Part shown: piece by piece, positions 62,339-64,000 of the stretch
How the letters are laid out: every line of letters starts with the position of its first letter
Numbering within the stretch: the stretch's first letter is position 1
Source of the DNA: Vulcanimicrobiota bacterium
GTDB lineage: Bacteria > Vulcanimicrobiota > Xenobia > Xenobiales > JADMJV01
Reading direction: 5' to 3'
Assembly (NCBI GenBank): GCA_050250895.1
Contig: JBFWNU010000005.1
Coordinates: 224,001 to 288,000 of the forward strand
Length of the DNA stretch: 64,000 bases
Notes under the pieces: model-generated
The model's database searches: none
The model's input: only the letters and a program-made list of their open reading frames with translations
What the model was told of the DNA's origin: nothing
Translations under genes and position numbers: made by a program

Positions 62339-64000
62339 ATGGCCAGCCAACGCTTGATTCTCGTCGACGGAAGCTCGATGGTCTTCCGCGCTTACTTCGC
62401 TATTCCGGGCAATCTCTCCACTCGCTCGGGCCTGCCCACCAATGCCATTTTCGGATTCACCAACATGTTCCGCAAGCTCCTGACCGGCAAGGTGCCCGAC
62501 CTGGCCGCGGTGGTCTTCGATCCTCCAGGACCGAGTTTTCGCTCCGAGCGCTTTCCCGACTATAAGGCCCAGCGCCCCAGGATGGCTGACGATCTGGCCG
62601 TGCAGTTGCCCTGGATCGACAAGGTGGTCGAGGCCCATCGCTTTCCCATCCTGCGGGTGCCCGGGTTCGAGGCCGACGATGTCATCGGGACCCTCACGCG
62701 CCAGGCCGTCGAGCGCGGGATGGAAGTGCACATCATCAGCGCCGACAAGGATTTTGCTCAGTTGATTTCGGACCAGGTCCGAATGATCGATGCCATGCGC
62801 GACATCAACTATGATCCCGAGTTGGTGCGCAAGAAGTGGGGAGTCCCGCCCCACCAGTTCATCGATTATCTGGCCCTCATCGGCGACAAGGTCGACAACA
62901 TCCCCGGGGTCCCCGGGGTGGGGGCCAAGACTGCTTCCAAGCTGCTCGACGACTTCGGCAATCTCGAGGCTATCCTGGCCTCGACCGACAAGCTTAAAGG
63001 CAAGGTCAAGAACAACCTCGAGGAGTTCGCCGAGCAGGCCCGTTTGTCGCGCGAGCTGGCCACGATCGATTGTCAGGTCGAGCTGCCCCTGACTCTCGAT
63101 TCGCTGGCCTATCAGCCCCCCTCCCAGGACGATCTCAACGAACTGTACCGCGAACTCGAGTTCTTCTCGTTGTTGGGAGTCGAGGCCAAGGACGAACAGG
63201 CGCGCGAAGAGGCCGGCGACACCGACTATCGAGTCATCGATTCGGTCGAGGCGCTGGCCAAAGCACTGAACGCCCTGCGCTGCCCAGCCCTATGGCCTGT
63301 CCTCGACTCGCCTTCGCCGGTGCGCGGCCCCTGGCTTGGCGTGGCCTTCTCGGACCGCCCGGGCAGCGGGTTCTATGTGCCCATCACCGACTGGTCGCGC
63401 CAACCTTTGTTTGACTATCTGGCGGGCTCAGCTCCCAAGCTGGCCCACGATGCCAAGGTCCTGATGGTGCTGGCCAAAGGCCAGGGTTTCGAACTGGGAC
63501 CGGTGGTCGGCGACACTCGCCTGGCCTCGTTTCTCATCGACCCCACCGGCTGCATCCCGCATGACCTCGAGCGGGTCTGCAAGGAATACCTGCATCGGGT
63601 GCTGCGGCCCATCAAGTCGCTGGTGGGTAGTGGCAAGTCGCAGAAACTGCTGGCCGAGCTCGAACTCGCCGAACTCGGAGACTACGCCTGCCACTTGGCT
63701 GATGCCGTGGGCCAGTTGTGGCCCATTCTCAAGGCGAAGGCCAATCCCGAGCATCTGGCTCAAGAACTCGAACTCTCGACGGTGCTGGCGGCTATGGAAT
63801 TCAAAGGCGTGCTGGTCGACCAGCCCGACCTGGCCGCTCTCGGCCGCGAGTTTCATCAGAAGTTGGCGGACCTCGAAAAGACCATCCATGACCTGGCCGG
63901 GCGCAGCTTCAACATCGGCAGTCCCAAGCAGCTTTCTGACGTGCTCTTTGACGAGTTGAAGTTGCCCGTCATCAAGCGCACCAAGACCGGCTATTCGACG
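62339..64000 (+). CDS. polA: DNA polymerase I, 3'-partial (runs off window)
   Basis: MASQRLILVDGSSMVFRAYFA...PTNAIFGF, YKAQR, EADDVIG, DKD..QL, GDKVDNIPGVPGVG.KTA and FNIGSPKQL motifs. Confidence 0.96.
   Translation, partial: MASQRLILVDGSSMVFRAYFAIPGNLSTRSGLPTNAIFGFTNMFRKLLTGKVPDLAAVVFDPPGPSFRSERFPDYKAQRPRMADDLAVQLPWIDKVVEAHRFPILRVPGFEADDVIGTLTRQAVERGMEVHIISADKDFAQLISDQVRMIDAMRDINYDPELVRKKWGVPPHQFIDYLALIGDKVDNIPGVPGVGAKTASKLLDDFGNLEAILASTDKLKGKVKNNLEEFAEQARLSRELATIDCQVELPLTLDSLAYQPPSQDDLNELYRELEFFSLLGVEAKDEQAREEAGDTDYRVIDSVEALAKALNALRCPALWPVLDSPSPVRGPWLGVAFSDRPGSGFYVPITDWSRQPLFDYLAGSAPKLAHDAKVLMVLAKGQGFELGPVVGDTRLASFLIDPTGCIPHDLERVCKEYLHRVLRPIKSLVGSGKSQKLLAELELAELGDYACHLADAVGQLWPILKAKANPEHLAQELELSTVLAAMEFKGVLVDQPDLAALGREFHQKLADLEKTIHDLAGRSFNIGSPKQLSDVLFDELKLPVIKRTKTGYST

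Overview
GC-rich bacterial chromosomal window with about 60 genes. I saw no rRNA, tRNA, CRISPR array, integrase or transposase. The gene mix (Hanks kinase/FHA, tandem PilZ, PilT pair, Tubulin_2 protein, many orphans) loosely suggests Eremiobacterota/Xenobia, but that is only an impression. Housekeeping and metabolic genes include iscS-type desulfurase, CoA-disulfide reductase, Crp, acyl-CoA dehydrogenase and oxidase, msrB (frameshifted), adenosine deaminase, parvulin, two PilT paralogues, a MacAB-type ABC exporter and a 3'-truncated polA. The most striking feature is a ~10 kb glycosylation island (17.5-26.9 kb) built around RiPP-type parts. These are a PqqD/RRE protein carrying its own lasso-type YxxPxL leader plus a short Ser-containing tail, a divergent HprK-like kinase, and a GT2 fused to a second RRE. 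They sit with another GT2, two GT4s sharing an unrecognised C-terminal domain, a sulfotransferase, a GH123-like hydrolase and GDP-fucose synthase. No lasso cyclase, lasso protease or radical SAM enzyme is present. The island is bracketed by 377-bp near-identical Uma2 direct repeats and a duplicated, reciprocally decayed fcl-Uma2 segment. Other leads: a Gln/Met-rich needle/pilin-like small protein with a sigma28-like promoter, several signal-less orphan proteins that may be T3SS/flagellar export substrates, an ECF-PilO-permease operon, a Tubulin_2 gene pair, a possible +1 frameshift site in msrB, REP-like repeats and three small ORFs missed by the ORF track. All family calls come from motif recognition by eye, not database searches.
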